A stretch of DNA of 64,000 bases from Chloroflexota bacterium (GTDB lineage Bacteria > Chloroflexota > UBA6077 > FW602-bin22 > JAMCYS01). The DNA lies in NCBI GenBank assembly GCA_023473795.1, contig JAMCYS010000129.1, positions 39,035 through 103,034 on the forward strand, in the 5' to 3' direction. Below, piece by piece: positions 29,248 through 41,588 of the stretch. The stretch's first letter is position 1. Each line of letters begins with the position of its first letter. The notes beneath the pieces are model-generated. The model had not been told where the DNA came from, did no database searches, and was given only the letters and a program-made list of their open reading frames with translations. Position numbers and translations under genes: made by a program.

Positions 29248-29904
29248 ATGACACTGCCCACGCCCCACTTCGACGGCTTTCCCGCCCACGGCCTGGCCTT
29301 CACGCCGGTGCCAGACCTGTTCTTCAGCCGTCTGCTGCCCCAGATCGACAACCTGGCGGAGCTGAAGGTGACGCTGCACCTGCTGTGGCTGGTCTACCAC
29401 CAGAAGGGTTCGGCGCGGCTGGTCCACGAGCGGGAGCTGCTGGCGGATCGCACCCTGCTCGGCGGCCTGGGCGCGACGCCCGCCGAGACCCTGGCGGTGG
29501 CTCTGGAGCGGGCAGTCGCTCGGGGCACCATCCTCCACCTGGCGGTGGACACGCCCGGCGGTGTGGAGAACGTCTATCTTCCTAACACGGGCGAGGGGCG
29601 TCGGGCGGTGGAGCAGATCAAGGCGGGTGAAGTCCGTCTGCCGTCTCGTCCCAGGCAGCCGGCGGTGGTCGTGACCTCGCCATCGCCGTTGGTCACGGTG
29701 TTTGAACGGCGGGTTGGTCTCCTCTCCCCGATCGTCCTGGCGGAGCTAGCGCAGGCGGAGCACGACTTCGGCGCGGCGGCGGTGGAGGCGGCTATCGCCG
29801 AGGCGGTGAAACGCGAGAAGCCCTCCTGGGCCTACATCAAGCGGGTGCTGGAGGGGCGCCAGCGGAAGGCAGGAGGTGCGGTGAGCAATGGCCAAGCGAG
29901 TTGA
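29248..29904 (+). CDS. Replication protein with winged-helix N-terminus and C-terminal DnaD-like domain
   Basis: VPDLFFSRLLPQI N-terminal motif; C-terminal FERRVGLLSPIV...AIAEAVKREKPSWAYIKRVL. Lies between dnaB and a DnaC-like gene. Confidence 0.7.
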   Translation: MTLPTPHFDGFPAHGLAFTPVPDLFFSRLLPQIDNLAELKVTLHLLWLVYHQKGSARLVHERELLADRTLLGGLGATPAETLAVALERAVARGTILHLAVDTPGGVENVYLPNTGEGRRAVEQIKAGEVRLPSRPRQPAVVVTSPSPLVTVFERRVGLLSPIVLAELAQAEHDFGAAAVEAAIAEAVKREKPSWAYIKRVLEGRQRKAGGAVSNGQAS

Positions 29905-30661
29905 CGAAGTGCTCCGCCGGTTGAAGATAGCCGCGCCTCAGCCCGGCCAGTCCGGCCAGCCCGAGCCCGCCGAGCCGGTGTGCCCCAAGTGCGGCGGGGC
30001 CGGCTATATCTGCCGCGACGTACCGCTCGGTCATCCCTACTTCGGCAAGGCGTTCGAATGCGAGTGCCTCATCGCCAAGCGGGAAGCCCAGGCCTTCACC
30101 GAACTGCAGGAACTCTCCAACCTGGTGGACTTCCGCCACAAGACGTTCGCTGCCTTCAACGCCAAGGCGGTGGGCGTGGCCGAGGCCTTCCGAGTCTGTT
30201 CGGCCTATGCCGAGGACCCGGGGGGCTGGCTGGTGCTCGTCGGCCCGGTGGGTTGCGGCAAGACGCATCTAGCGGCGGCCATCGCCAACCGCTATCTGGC
30301 GCTGGGCGGCAAGCCGTTCTTCGTCAACGTGCCGGAACTCCTCGACCACCTGCGCTCCACCTACGCGCCGAACAGCGGCGTCAGCTACGACGAGCGGTTT
30401 GAAGAAGTGCGCAACGCCGAACTGCTAATCCTGGATGACCTGGGCACGGAGTCGGGCACGGAGTGGGCCCGGGAGAAGATCTACCAGATCTTCAATCGCC
30501 GCTACAACAGCGAGGCCCCGACCGTGGTGACGATGAACCCGCGTGAGTACGGCCGCCTCGACGAACGGGTGAAATCGCGCCTGCAGGACGCCGCCATCAG
30601 CCGGGTGATCGAAATGCGAGACGCCCAGGACTACCGGCAGAGGAAGGCACGAAGGAGATAG
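29888..30661 (+). CDS. DnaC/DnaI/IstB-like AAA+ ATPase (probable helicase loader)
   Basis: CPKCGGAG...CEC zinc motif, Walker A GPVGCGKT, Walker B LLILDDLG, RRYN. Confidence 0.85.
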   Translation: MAKRVDEVLRRLKIAAPQPGQSGQPEPAEPVCPKCGGAGYICRDVPLGHPYFGKAFECECLIAKREAQAFTELQELSNLVDFRHKTFAAFNAKAVGVAEAFRVCSAYAEDPGGWLVLVGPVGCGKTHLAAAIANRYLALGGKPFFVNVPELLDHLRSTYAPNSGVSYDERFEEVRNAELLILDDLGTESGTEWAREKIYQIFNRRYNSEAPTVVTMNPREYGRLDERVKSRLQDAAISRVIEMRDAQDYRQRKARRR

Positions 30662-30673
30662 GCGACGGCCCGC

Positions 30674-31477
30674 TCAGCCCCGCAGGGTGACGTCGCCGAC
30701 GGCCATTGCCACCTCGTCGCCGTCATCCCGGCGGAGGAGCAGCGACCCATCGCGACCCACGTCGTAAGCCAGGCCCGCCACTCGCCGCTCTCCCTCCCTG
30801 ACGACCACCTGTCGGCCCAACGTGGCCAGGCGTCCCCGCCACTCCCCCCAGAGTGAATCCTCCGCCCCGTCCGCGACCCAAAGCAGCGGGTAATGGTTCT
30901 CCACTTCCTCCAAGAAGGCGCAGAGCAGCGGCAAGCGGTCGACCGGCCTGCCCAGCGCGGCCTGTAGGCTGGTGGCCGTGGCCGCTATCTCGGGCGAGGC
31001 CAGCGGCTCGAAGTTGACGTTCAGGCCGATGCCCACCACGGCCCACTCCAACGTACCGGCCAGGGCAGAGGCTTCGCTGAGGATGCCGGCCAGCTTCTTG
31101 CCGCCCAGCAGCAGATCGTTGGGCCACTTCAAGGCTGGCGAGAGGCCAGTAGTGGCGCGCACCGCCTTCGCTGCCGCCAGCGAGCAGAGCATAGTGAGGC
31201 GGAAGGCCTCGCCCACAGGCAGCGATGCCCGGAGAAGCAGCGACAGCAGCAGACAAGAGCGGGCCGGCGCCAGCCAGCGGCGACCGAGGCGCCCGCGACC
31301 GCGGGTCTGCTCCTCGGCCAGGACCAGCGTCCCTTCCGGAGCACCGGCGCGGGCCAGATCCGTGGCGATGTCGTTGGTGGAGTCCGTGCTGGGGTAATAG
31401 TGGTAATGGCGACCGACGCGTTGGCTGCGCAGGGCAGTCGTCAGTGCGGCGGGGGTGAGGTCATCGGCAAAGGTCAC
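30674..31477 (-). CDS. birA: Biotin--[acetyl-CoA-carboxylase] ligase without N-terminal HTH
   Basis: STDSTND, AEEQTRGRGRLGRRW, LKWPNDLL, KKLAGILSE, VGIGLNVN. Confidence 0.95.
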   Translation of the reverse strand: MTFADDLTPAALTTALRSQRVGRHYHYYPSTDSTNDIATDLARAGAPEGTLVLAEEQTRGRGRLGRRWLAPARSCLLLSLLLRASLPVGEAFRLTMLCSLAAAKAVRATTGLSPALKWPNDLLLGGKKLAGILSEASALAGTLEWAVVGIGLNVNFEPLASPEIAATATSLQAALGRPVDRLPLLCAFLEEVENHYPLLWVADGAEDSLWGEWRGRLATLGRQVVVREGERRVAGLAYDVGRDGSLLLRRDDGDEVAMAVGDVTLRG

Positions 31478-31639
31478 GAGCCACCTCAGTGACCCCGGGC
31501 CACGCGGTCGCCCGGCGCCAGGCGTGACGTTCTGGGTCGGAGGAGCAAGGCGGGTGGCAACGATCAGTTAACGACATGGGCGTCCTTTGTCGTTCGCCTG
31601 GTGGACGGGATTCCCGGTAATGAATGTGAGGAGGACCTG

Positions 31640-31817
31640 GACCAGGCCCCCCTCACGAGTTGCCAGGCAATGAAGCGCAGCCTGGTACTTCCTACTCGCC
31701 CTGCCTACCGACGCTAGCCTCGAGGAACCCTCATCAGGCTAAGGTCGGTGCAGGCAGGCGTAACCTCATTGCCGTCGCAACAGGTACTACCCACTCTGCA
31801 TCACCTCCTTTCAACCG
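31640..31817 (-). ncRNA. Candidate structured transcript (unassigned; 6S-like fold-back RNA or mRNA of a 26-aa peptide)
   Basis: Consensus promoter directly upstream, long imperfect self-complementary hairpin centred near 31725, and a strong SD AAAGGAGGTGA. No family match recognised. Confidence 0.4.
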
Positions 31818-31822
31818 AAGGA

Positions 31823-31851
31823 ATCGTAGCACAAGGGTCGTGCCACGTCAA
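31823..31851 (-). promoter_or_regulatory. Sigma70-type promoter just downstream of the rpoD stop
   Basis: Minus strand TTGACG (31846-31851)-N17-TACGAT (31823-31828). Confidence 0.7.
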
Positions 31852-31861
31852 GGTAATTATG

Positions 31862-33478
31862 TCAGTCCAGGTAGTCCTTGAGCTTCTTACTGCGGCTGGG
31901 ATGGCGCAGCTTGCGCAGGGCTTTGGCCTCGATTTGGCGGATGCGCTCCCGCGTTACGCCGAATTCGCGCCCTACCTCCTCCAACGTGCGCCCCCGTCCG
32001 TCGTCCAGACCAAAACGCATGCGCAGCACCTCCTGCTCGCGCCAGTTGTTTAGCGACTCGAGCACGTCGGTGACCTGCTCCTTAAGCAACTGGTGGGAAG
32101 CGGCCTCGGCCGGCGCGGGCGCGGCGTGGTCCTCGATGAAATCACCCAGGTGGCTGTCCTCCTCCTCGCCGATGGGGGTCTCGAGGGAGACGGGTTCCTG
32201 GGAGACTTTCATAACTTCACGCACCTTGGCGGCAGCGGCCTGAACCCGCAGACGTACCTCCAAGGGCAGACTGTCCACGTCCTGCAGCAGCCGGCTGGCC
32301 AGGATGGCCGTGCGGCGGCGCTCGATCATTCCTTCCTCGTCGCCGTCGTCAAGCAGTCGCTTGATCAGCTCGGAACCACAGCCGTGGTCGGCCATCAGCA
32401 GCAGCCGGTCCTCGGCGTCCTCGCCGAAGAAGTCCATCATAAGGCCGATCTCCTCGGCAGCGGGTTCGCGACCGAGATCCTGCAGGAGGCGGCGCGAAGT
32501 GCGGATGAGGCGGTTGATAGTCTCCACCATGTGGACCGGGATACGGATCGTGCGGGCCTGGTCGGCGATGGCACGCGTGATGGCCTGCCGGATCCACCAG
32601 GTAGCGTAGGTGCTGAACTTGAAGCCGCGGTGGTGATCGAACTTTTCCACCGCGCGAATAAGGCCGATGTTGCCTTCCTGGATGAGATCCAGCATCGACA
32701 TGCCGCGGCCGATGTACTTCTTGGCCACGCTGACGACGAGCCGCAGATTGGCTTCGGTAAGGCGCTGCTGGGCGCGCAGGGCATCGTCCCTGGTGGAGCA
32801 GTAGCGCATGGCGAGGAACTGCTCCTCCGGATGGATGGCGCCACGCACATCGTCCTCGCTCGGCAGAGCACTATCCTGGTACTGGTCAAGCAGGGAAACG
32901 AGCTCCGCCGGTAGCAGCCGAGTGTAGACGGCGAACCGGCAGAGGCGCTCCTGGCCCTTGTCCTGGGGGATGCCCAGCGCCTGGCCGATACGCTTGGCGA
33001 GAGCGGGGTCGTGCTCGTCGTCGATAAGCCCGCGCACACGAGGAGACGTGAGACGCTGGCCCAGCGAGAAATCGCGGGGGAGGTCGCCGTGCTCGATAAT
33101 GGCCTCGAGGAGGCGCAGATCGCTCTGCAAATTGCGGAAAATGTGAAGGACCACGTCGGCAGCGGTGGGCTCTTCGCCGGCTGCCTCGTAGAACTCGTCC
33201 CAGACGCCGTCTAGATACTTTCCCTCCTCCATCTTGCGCGCCAAACGCCGTTCGTCCTCGGCGGTCAAAAGAAAAACGCGCCCGATTTCTCGTAGGTACA
33301 TCCTGACGGGGTCGTCCACGTCCTCATGGGCGAGCTCGATGGTCACCTCCATCGCACGCTCAGCCTGCCCATCTCCGTTCTTGTCTGCCTCGCCCCAGGC
33401 TACCACCGGTAAGCCTATGGTCTCGGAAGCAGCTTCGTCGACGGCTGGTTCTTGGGCCGTGGTAAGGTCTTCCAACAT
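31862..33478 (-). CDS. rpoD: RNA polymerase primary sigma factor (start uncertain, ORF extends to 33544)
   Basis: [96 protein letters not shown]. Confidence 0.97.
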   Translation of the reverse strand: MLEDLTTAQEPAVDEAASETIGLPVVAWGEADKNGDGQAERAMEVTIELAHEDVDDPVRMYLREIGRVFLLTAEDERRLARKMEEGKYLDGVWDEFYEAAGEEPTAADVVLHIFRNLQSDLRLLEAIIEHGDLPRDFSLGQRLTSPRVRGLIDDEHDPALAKRIGQALGIPQDKGQERLCRFAVYTRLLPAELVSLLDQYQDSALPSEDDVRGAIHPEEQFLAMRYCSTRDDALRAQQRLTEANLRLVVSVAKKYIGRGMSMLDLIQEGNIGLIRAVEKFDHHRGFKFSTYATWWIRQAITRAIADQARTIRIPVHMVETINRLIRTSRRLLQDLGREPAAEEIGLMMDFFGEDAEDRLLLMADHGCGSELIKRLLDDGDEEGMIERRRTAILASRLLQDVDSLPLEVRLRVQAAAAKVREVMKVSQEPVSLETPIGEEEDSHLGDFIEDHAAPAPAEAASHQLLKEQVTDVLESLNNWREQEVLRMRFGLDDGRGRTLEEVGREFGVTRERIRQIEAKALRKLRHPSRSKKLKDYLD

Positions 33479-33571
33479 TTCCTCCACTTCCTCTATGCCA
33501 CTCGGGGTCGGACTACCTCGAGAAGAACGCCTTAGTCTGGTCACCAGGCCAACCTATCGCCGCTGCCACAA

Positions 33572-35443
33572 TCAGTGGCGGCGCAGTTCCTGTCGTTGCG
33601 CCTGCAGCCTTTGGATGCTGGCTAGACGCAGCTCCACTTCCCCGTGCGTACGCAGCAAGTCGGCAAGCTCAGCGGTTTCTTTGCTGTCTTCGGCCTCCCT
33701 GATGAGATACTTGTACTCCCGTAACGCCCGCCGGCAGCTGCCCTCCTGGACGCGCAAAGCCAGCTCTTCCAGCACGGAGAGCCAGTCGCCCTCCTCCAGC
33801 GGCGGCAGGGCCAGCGCCTTCTCCTGCAGACCCGTGCAGTACACCCGCAAAGCGGGGTCGAGTTCGGCCAGCAGCCGGGACAACACCAGCGGACCCGCCG
33901 CGCGCATCTCCCGCACAACCTCCAAGGGCTCTCTCACCAGCGCTTCCGTCACGTCGCTGGGGTGAAGCAGCAGCTCCACCGGTACCTGTTCCAGATTCGC
34001 CAACAACAGCCCTAGGTAGTACTCCTCCAGATTCGGACCGGCGCGTTTCGCGGCCGGCGCTCCCCGCGGGGCCTGCTGCCGAACCGGGCCCCTGCCCAGC
34101 TGCTCCAGGCGACTCAGCAGCACGCGCTCATCCACCCGCACCATGTTCGCCAGCCGCTGCACGTAGTGCCACTGGCGCACCTTGTCGCCGGCCAGCTCCC
34201 GAATCACCGGCAGCAGTTGCTCTACCGCCTTAGACTTGTCCCCAGGCTGACTGAGGTCGAGCCTGGCAATGGTGAGCGCGAAGTAGAAATCCAGGACCGG
34301 CTGGGCGCCCTCAAGGAGCTGGTCCCACTGCGCCGGGTCCTCCTTCACCACCTCGTCCGGGTCCTTGCCCTCCGGCAACTGGAGGATCCTGATGTCCGCG
34401 TCTACCGTCTCTTCGTAACGCACGCGACCCCGCCCCGTTGGCACCGGCGAGACCTTGCGATCGAAGACCTCGATTGCCACCTCCAGACCACGTCTCGTGG
34501 CTTCGGCGCCCGCGGCGTCCGCGTCCAGCGCCAGGACCAGCTTCTTGGTGTGCCGCTTCAGCAGCGACACCTGTCGCTCCGTCAGGGCTGTGCCGAGAGA
34601 GGCGACGATGTTATTTATACCATATTGATGTAAAAAGACCGCGTCAAAGTAGCCTTCGACGATGACCGCGAAACCCCGTTCTCGAATACCCGGGATAGCC
34701 TTATCTATAGCATAAAGGCTCCCACCCTTGTCAAACAGCGGGGTCTGCGGGGAGTTTAGGTACTTGGGCAGCGAGTCGTCCAGGGCACGAGCGCCGAAGC
34801 CGACGACACGACCCTTGGCGTCGCTAATGGGCAGCATCACTCGGTTACGGAAGCGGTCGTAGTGCCCGCCGCCACCCTCTCGGGCCGTGGCCAGACCGGC
34901 GTGCACGATTTCGTCGAGGGAAAAGCCACGTTCGGCCAGGTAGCGCAGCAGGTGGTCCCAGCCGTCGGGCGCCACGCCGATTTGAAAGGACTCCAGGGTG
35001 GCTTGGGAGAGGCCGCGTTTCTCCAGATACTCGCGCCCGAGCCGGCCCGCTTCGCCGCGCAGTTGCTGCTGGTAGAACTGCGCCGCGGCGACGTTCACCT
35101 CGCGCAAGCGCTCCAGCGCCCTGTCCTCGGCCGTCTCCGCCCGACGCTCGGGCAGGGCCACTCCGGCTTGCTGCGCCAGCAAGCGCAGGGCATCGCCGAA
35201 GGCCAGGTTCTGAGTGCGCATCACGTAGGTGAAAACGTCCCCGTTGGCGCCGCAGCCGAAGCAATGGTAGTTGCCCTTGTCGGGGAAGACGTAGAAGGAG
35301 GGCGTCTTCTCGGAATGGAACGGGCACAATCCCTTGAGGCTACGCCCGCTCTTCTTCAGCGTCACCTGAGCGCCGATCAGCGAGGCGAGGTCCACGCGCT
35401 CCTTTATTTGCTCGATGACGCCTTCGAGAGCGGGCAAGATCAC
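33572..35443 (-). CDS. dnaG: DNA primase
   Basis: Start re-chosen at GTG 35443, overlapping the upstream stop. CPFHSEKTPSF...CFGC, FRNRVMLPI, KYLNSPQT, VEGYFD, DADAAG. Confidence 0.96.
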   Translation of the reverse strand: MILPALEGVIEQIKERVDLASLIGAQVTLKKSGRSLKGLCPFHSEKTPSFYVFPDKGNYHCFGCGANGDVFTYVMRTQNLAFGDALRLLAQQAGVALPERRAETAEDRALERLREVNVAAAQFYQQQLRGEAGRLGREYLEKRGLSQATLESFQIGVAPDGWDHLLRYLAERGFSLDEIVHAGLATAREGGGGHYDRFRNRVMLPISDAKGRVVGFGARALDDSLPKYLNSPQTPLFDKGGSLYAIDKAIPGIRERGFAVIVEGYFDAVFLHQYGINNIVASLGTALTERQVSLLKRHTKKLVLALDADAAGAEATRRGLEVAIEVFDRKVSPVPTGRGRVRYEETVDADIRILQLPEGKDPDEVVKEDPAQWDQLLEGAQPVLDFYFALTIARLDLSQPGDKSKAVEQLLPVIRELAGDKVRQWHYVQRLANMVRVDERVLLSRLEQLGRGPVRQQAPRGAPAAKRAGPNLEEYYLGLLLANLEQVPVELLLHPSDVTEALVREPLEVVREMRAAGPLVLSRLLAELDPALRVYCTGLQEKALALPPLEEGDWLSVLEELALRVQEGSCRRALREYKYLIREAEDSKETAELADLLRTHGEVELRLASIQRLQAQRQELRRH

Positions 35444-36420
35444 GCTCCCTGCTGGGAAAAGTAGACCGCGGCCAGGCCCAGGGCGTTGTTCAGACCGTGG
35501 GCCACAATCGGCGAGACCAGGCTGCCGGTACGCTGGTACAAGAAAGCCAGGATCAAACCGATCAGAACCACCGGCAAGAGAGCGGGCAGATTCAGGTGGA
35601 GCACGCCGAAGATCAGCGCGCTCAAACCATAGGCCCACACCGGCCCGAGCGACGTCAGGTAGGCTCGGAAAACGTAGCCGCGGAAGAAGGTCTCCTCGGC
35701 CACGGGTGCCAGAATGCCTGCGCCGAGCAGCAGCAGGTAGAACACGAACTGCGAGGAGCGGCGTATGCCCATCTGCTCGGTCTGCGTCTGCGTCACCCCA
35801 AAGCCCATCAGCGTATAGGCGATCACGGCGCTGACGACGATAATGGCCAGGAAGCCCAGCACCCCAATCGCCAAGTTGCGCAGCAGGTGGCCGGCCGTCC
35901 AGCCCAGCTCGCGCTCCGTGGTGGCCCCGGGGCGCACGAGGCGCAGGTAGACGACCACCAGCAGCGCCGCATCCAGCCCCACCAAGGATAGAAACACCAA
36001 GAGCGGCATATTGTTGCTCACCACATCGGTCACCGACGCGACCACCTGCCCCGGGGCACTGAAAGGATTCCCGCCCGCCTCCAGCACTTCGGCCACCGCC
36101 AGCCCACCCAGCAAGATGGGAAGGAATAGCAGGTTGCCTATGGCCACGCCGGCGATGATATTGGCCAGAACGTCGCGGTGCGTGCCGTAGGCGGCGCGGG
36201 CCTTCCGGGCCTCCCAGACAGAGAAGCTGGGCGCCAGCACGTACCAGAAGGAGGCGATGACCAGCAGGACCACTGCCGCCACCGCCAGCGGCAAGCGGTA
36301 GGGCGCCACCGCGGCCAGGTCCAAGCGGACCAGGGCCAGAACGACCGTGCCAAAGGCGGCGGCGAAGAAGACAAAGCCTCTAGAGACCGAGGCGCTGCTC
36401 CAATAGGAACTACCTTGCAT
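35440..36420 (-). CDS. CPBP-family (CAAX protease/Abi) intramembrane metalloprotease
   Basis: APVAEETFFRGY, FGVLH, AHGLNN motifs and multiple TM segments. Confidence 0.88.
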   Translation of the reverse strand: MQGSSYWSSASVSRGFVFFAAAFGTVVLALVRLDLAAVAPYRLPLAVAAVVLLVIASFWYVLAPSFSVWEARKARAAYGTHRDVLANIIAGVAIGNLLFLPILLGGLAVAEVLEAGGNPFSAPGQVVASVTDVVSNNMPLLVFLSLVGLDAALLVVVYLRLVRPGATTERELGWTAGHLLRNLAIGVLGFLAIIVVSAVIAYTLMGFGVTQTQTEQMGIRRSSQFVFYLLLLGAGILAPVAEETFFRGYVFRAYLTSLGPVWAYGLSALIFGVLHLNLPALLPVVLIGLILAFLYQRTGSLVSPIVAHGLNNALGLAAVYFSQQGA

Positions 36421-36492
36421 CTGCCACCCGAACCATCCAGGAAATCATCGGTCGCCTTACTGGTGACCAACGGCAACCAGAGGCGGCGCCCA

Positions 36493-36520
36493 GTAGGGGC
36501 GACCGGCCGGTCGCCCCTAC
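36493..36520. repeat. GTAG-type REP palindrome
   Basis: Perfect 28-bp palindrome gtaggggcgaccggccggtcgcccctac, intergenic. Confidence 0.8.
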
Positions 36521-36625
36521 GCAAGGCAACCGGGTCTGGCCATTTCTACGGGAACGATCCCCCAGCCCTTGGTGGGCCGCCAACGGGAATGGTAATGGCC
36601 GCGCCGTCTTTCGCCGAAGACCAGT

Positions 36626-37780
36626 TCAGTCTACCGGCGGGCCCTCGGCAAAGCCGTAGCCCGGCTGCGCGCGCGGCAAGTAAAGGTCCTGAAACACCCT
36701 AACGGCGTACATGTCCGTCATGCCCGCCAGGTAGTCGCAAACCAATCGCTCGGGAGTCTCACCGCGCGGGTTGCGCCGGAACTCCTCGGGCATCGCCTGC
36801 GGCCGGGCGCAGAAGTGCTGGTAGAGCCTCTCCATCAGCGCCTGGACCTTCTTCTCCTCCGCCTTGGCCGGCGAATCGCGATAGACGCGGACGAAAAGGA
36901 ACTCGCGCAGGGCGTTGGTCGCCTCCAGCACCCGGGGGCCCATGGCCACGAGGGCGCGGCCATCCTGCGCAGCCTCGCCGACCGCCGCCAGCAAGTCCGC
37001 GCACTCCTGCCGGCTCTGGCCGGCGCTCTGCTCTGCCGCCCGCACCGCCTCCCAGCTGTGGTCGATGGCGTCGCAGACCATGGTGTTGATGCGCTGGGAG
37101 TGGCGGGTGCCCAGGGTCGCCCGGCAGACGGCCGGCACTTCCTCCTCGCGCAACACCCCGGCCCGTACGGCGTCGCCAAGGTCGTGGTTGAGGTAGGCGA
37201 TGCTGTCGGCCAGCCGCGCCACCTGACCCTCGACCGTGTGGGCAAAGCCGCGCCCGGCCAGCTCGATGCCGCTGCGCACCTTGGAGTGGTGGAGTACACC
37301 GTCGAGCACCTCGGCCGTCAGGTTTAGCCCCTCTCCCTCGTGCTCCAACAGGTCCACCACCCGCAAGCTCTGCTCGCTGTGGTGGAAACCTTCACTGAAG
37401 AGTCGGTCCAGCACCTCTTCTCCCGCGTGGCCGAAGGGGGTGTGGCCAAGGTCGTGCGCCAGGCTGATGGCCTCGACCAGGTCCTCGTTGAGGTTGAGCG
37501 CGCGGGCCAGCGAACGGCCCACCTGCGCCACCTCCATCGTGTGAGTGAGACGGGTGCTGTAGTGGTCGCCGGCCCAAGCGAGGAAGACCTGGGTCTTGTA
37601 CTTGAGGCGACGGAAGGCCTTGCAGTGGACAATGCGGTCGCGGTCGCGCTGGAAAGCGCTGCGCATCGGCGACTCGTCCTCGGGCCGGGCGCGACCACGC
37701 GCGTAGCGACTCTTCGCCGCCAAGGGCGAGAGCGTGAACTCCCCCTCTTCGATTCGCTCGCGGATATGGCTGTGTATCAT
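36626..37780 (-). CDS. dgt: Deoxyguanosinetriphosphate triphosphohydrolase (HD domain)
   Basis: FQRDRDRIVHCKAFRRLKYKTQVF, RLTHTMEV, HDLGHTPFGHAGE, ADSIAYLNHD, DYLAGMTD. Confidence 0.95.
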   Translation of the reverse strand: MIHSHIRERIEEGEFTLSPLAAKSRYARGRARPEDESPMRSAFQRDRDRIVHCKAFRRLKYKTQVFLAWAGDHYSTRLTHTMEVAQVGRSLARALNLNEDLVEAISLAHDLGHTPFGHAGEEVLDRLFSEGFHHSEQSLRVVDLLEHEGEGLNLTAEVLDGVLHHSKVRSGIELAGRGFAHTVEGQVARLADSIAYLNHDLGDAVRAGVLREEEVPAVCRATLGTRHSQRINTMVCDAIDHSWEAVRAAEQSAGQSRQECADLLAAVGEAAQDGRALVAMGPRVLEATNALREFLFVRVYRDSPAKAEEKKVQALMERLYQHFCARPQAMPEEFRRNPRGETPERLVCDYLAGMTDMYAVRVFQDLYLPRAQPGYGFAEGPPVD

Positions 37781-37865
37781 CCAGAGCCTGGCAGGCGAAC
37801 CTGGGAACCGCCGTGCGTTGGCAATTGTAGCACGTGAGGGGTCCGTTTCGCCCCTCCCCGCAATG

Positions 37866-37899
37866 AATTAGGCGGCTCCCAGCGGGGAGCCGCCTAATT
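37866..37899. terminator. Long hairpin downstream of ppdK
   Basis: Perfect 15-bp stem aattaggcggctccc / gggagccgcctaatt with a 4-nt loop. Confidence 0.65.
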
Positions 37900-37924
37900 G
37901 GCCTACGGAGATTTCAGCCCGCGA

Positions 37925-40579
<2,655 letters not shown>

Positions 40580-40633
40580 CTCTAGGCAATTCCTCCCTGT
40601 ATTCTAGCCAGTGGCTATCGCGCAGTTTGAACT

Positions 40634-40642
40634 ATTATAACA
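40634..40642 (-). promoter_or_regulatory. Extended -10 element upstream of ppdK (duplicated at 41571-41579)
   Basis: Minus strand TGTTATAAT. Confidence 0.55.
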
Positions 40643-40651
40643 GACGGGCCG

Positions 40652-41560
40652 CTAGCTCGTGAGCAGATCGGCCAGGCGGGCCCTTAGCTCCGCGACAGGA
40701 ACCCGCACTTGCTGCATGCTGTCGCGGTCGCGGATCGTTACGGCGTCGTCGTTGAGAGTCTCAAAGTCGATTGTAACGCAAAGGGGCGTGCCAGTCTCGT
40801 CTTGCCGGCGGTAGCGCCGGCCGATGCTCTGGGCGTCGTCATAACTCGTGGCGAAATGCGGGCGGAGCGCTGCCCACACCTCCTTGGCCTTCAGCACCAA
40901 GGGCTCCTTGCGCGACAGCGGCAGAATCGCCACTTTGTAAGGCGCCAGCGCCTTGTGCAGGCGCAGCACCACGCGCGTGCCCTCCTTATCCGGCTCTTCG
41001 TCGTAGGCGTCCACGAGGAAGGCGAGCAACGAGCGGTCCACGCCCGCCGAGGGCTCGATGACGTAAGGCACGAAGCGCTCGCCGGACTCGTCGTCGAAGT
41101 AGTCCAGTTCCTGACCGCTGAACTCGGCGTGCCGCTTCAGATCGTAGTCGGTGCGGTTGGCAATGCCCTCTAGCTCCGACCAGCCGAAGGGGAACTGGTA
41201 CTCCACGTCGGTGGCCCCAGCGGCGTAGTGCGCCCGCTCTGTATCCTCGTGCAGGCGCAGGCGGAGGTTCTCACGCTTGAGGCCAAGACCAAGATACCAG
41301 TTCAGGCGCTGTGCTACCCAGCGTTCGTACCATTCCTCGTCCGTGCCGGGCTTGACGAAGTACTCGATCTCCATCTGCTCGAACTCGCGGGTGCGAAAGA
41401 TGAAGTTGCCCGGGGTGATCTCGTTGCGGAACGATTTGCCGATCTGGGCGATGCCGAAGGGCAGCTTACGCCGGGTGGTATTGAGCACGTTCTTGAAGTT
41501 GACGAAGATGCCCTGCGCCGTCTCCGGCCGGAAATAGGCCACCGCGGCCTCCTCCTCCAC
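40652..41560 (-). pseudogene. glyQS: 5'-truncated duplicate of glyQS (C-terminal 302 aa)
   Basis: Identical to the last 302 aa of the complete copy. It lacks the N-terminal ~130 aa containing motif 1 and the zinc-ribbon insertion. Confidence 0.8.
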
Positions 41561-41588
41561 AGTTTGAACTATTATAACAGACGGGCCG

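Noticed and set aside
29888-30661. IstB-like ATPase as part of an IS21 element or prophage
   Set aside because: No IstA transposase, terminal repeats or phage genes nearby. The context is rplI-dnaB.
31700-31745. CTGATGAG on the minus strand suggesting a hammerhead ribozyme
   Set aside because: The short stem is followed by GAGG rather than the required GAAA, and no stem I/III architecture is evident.
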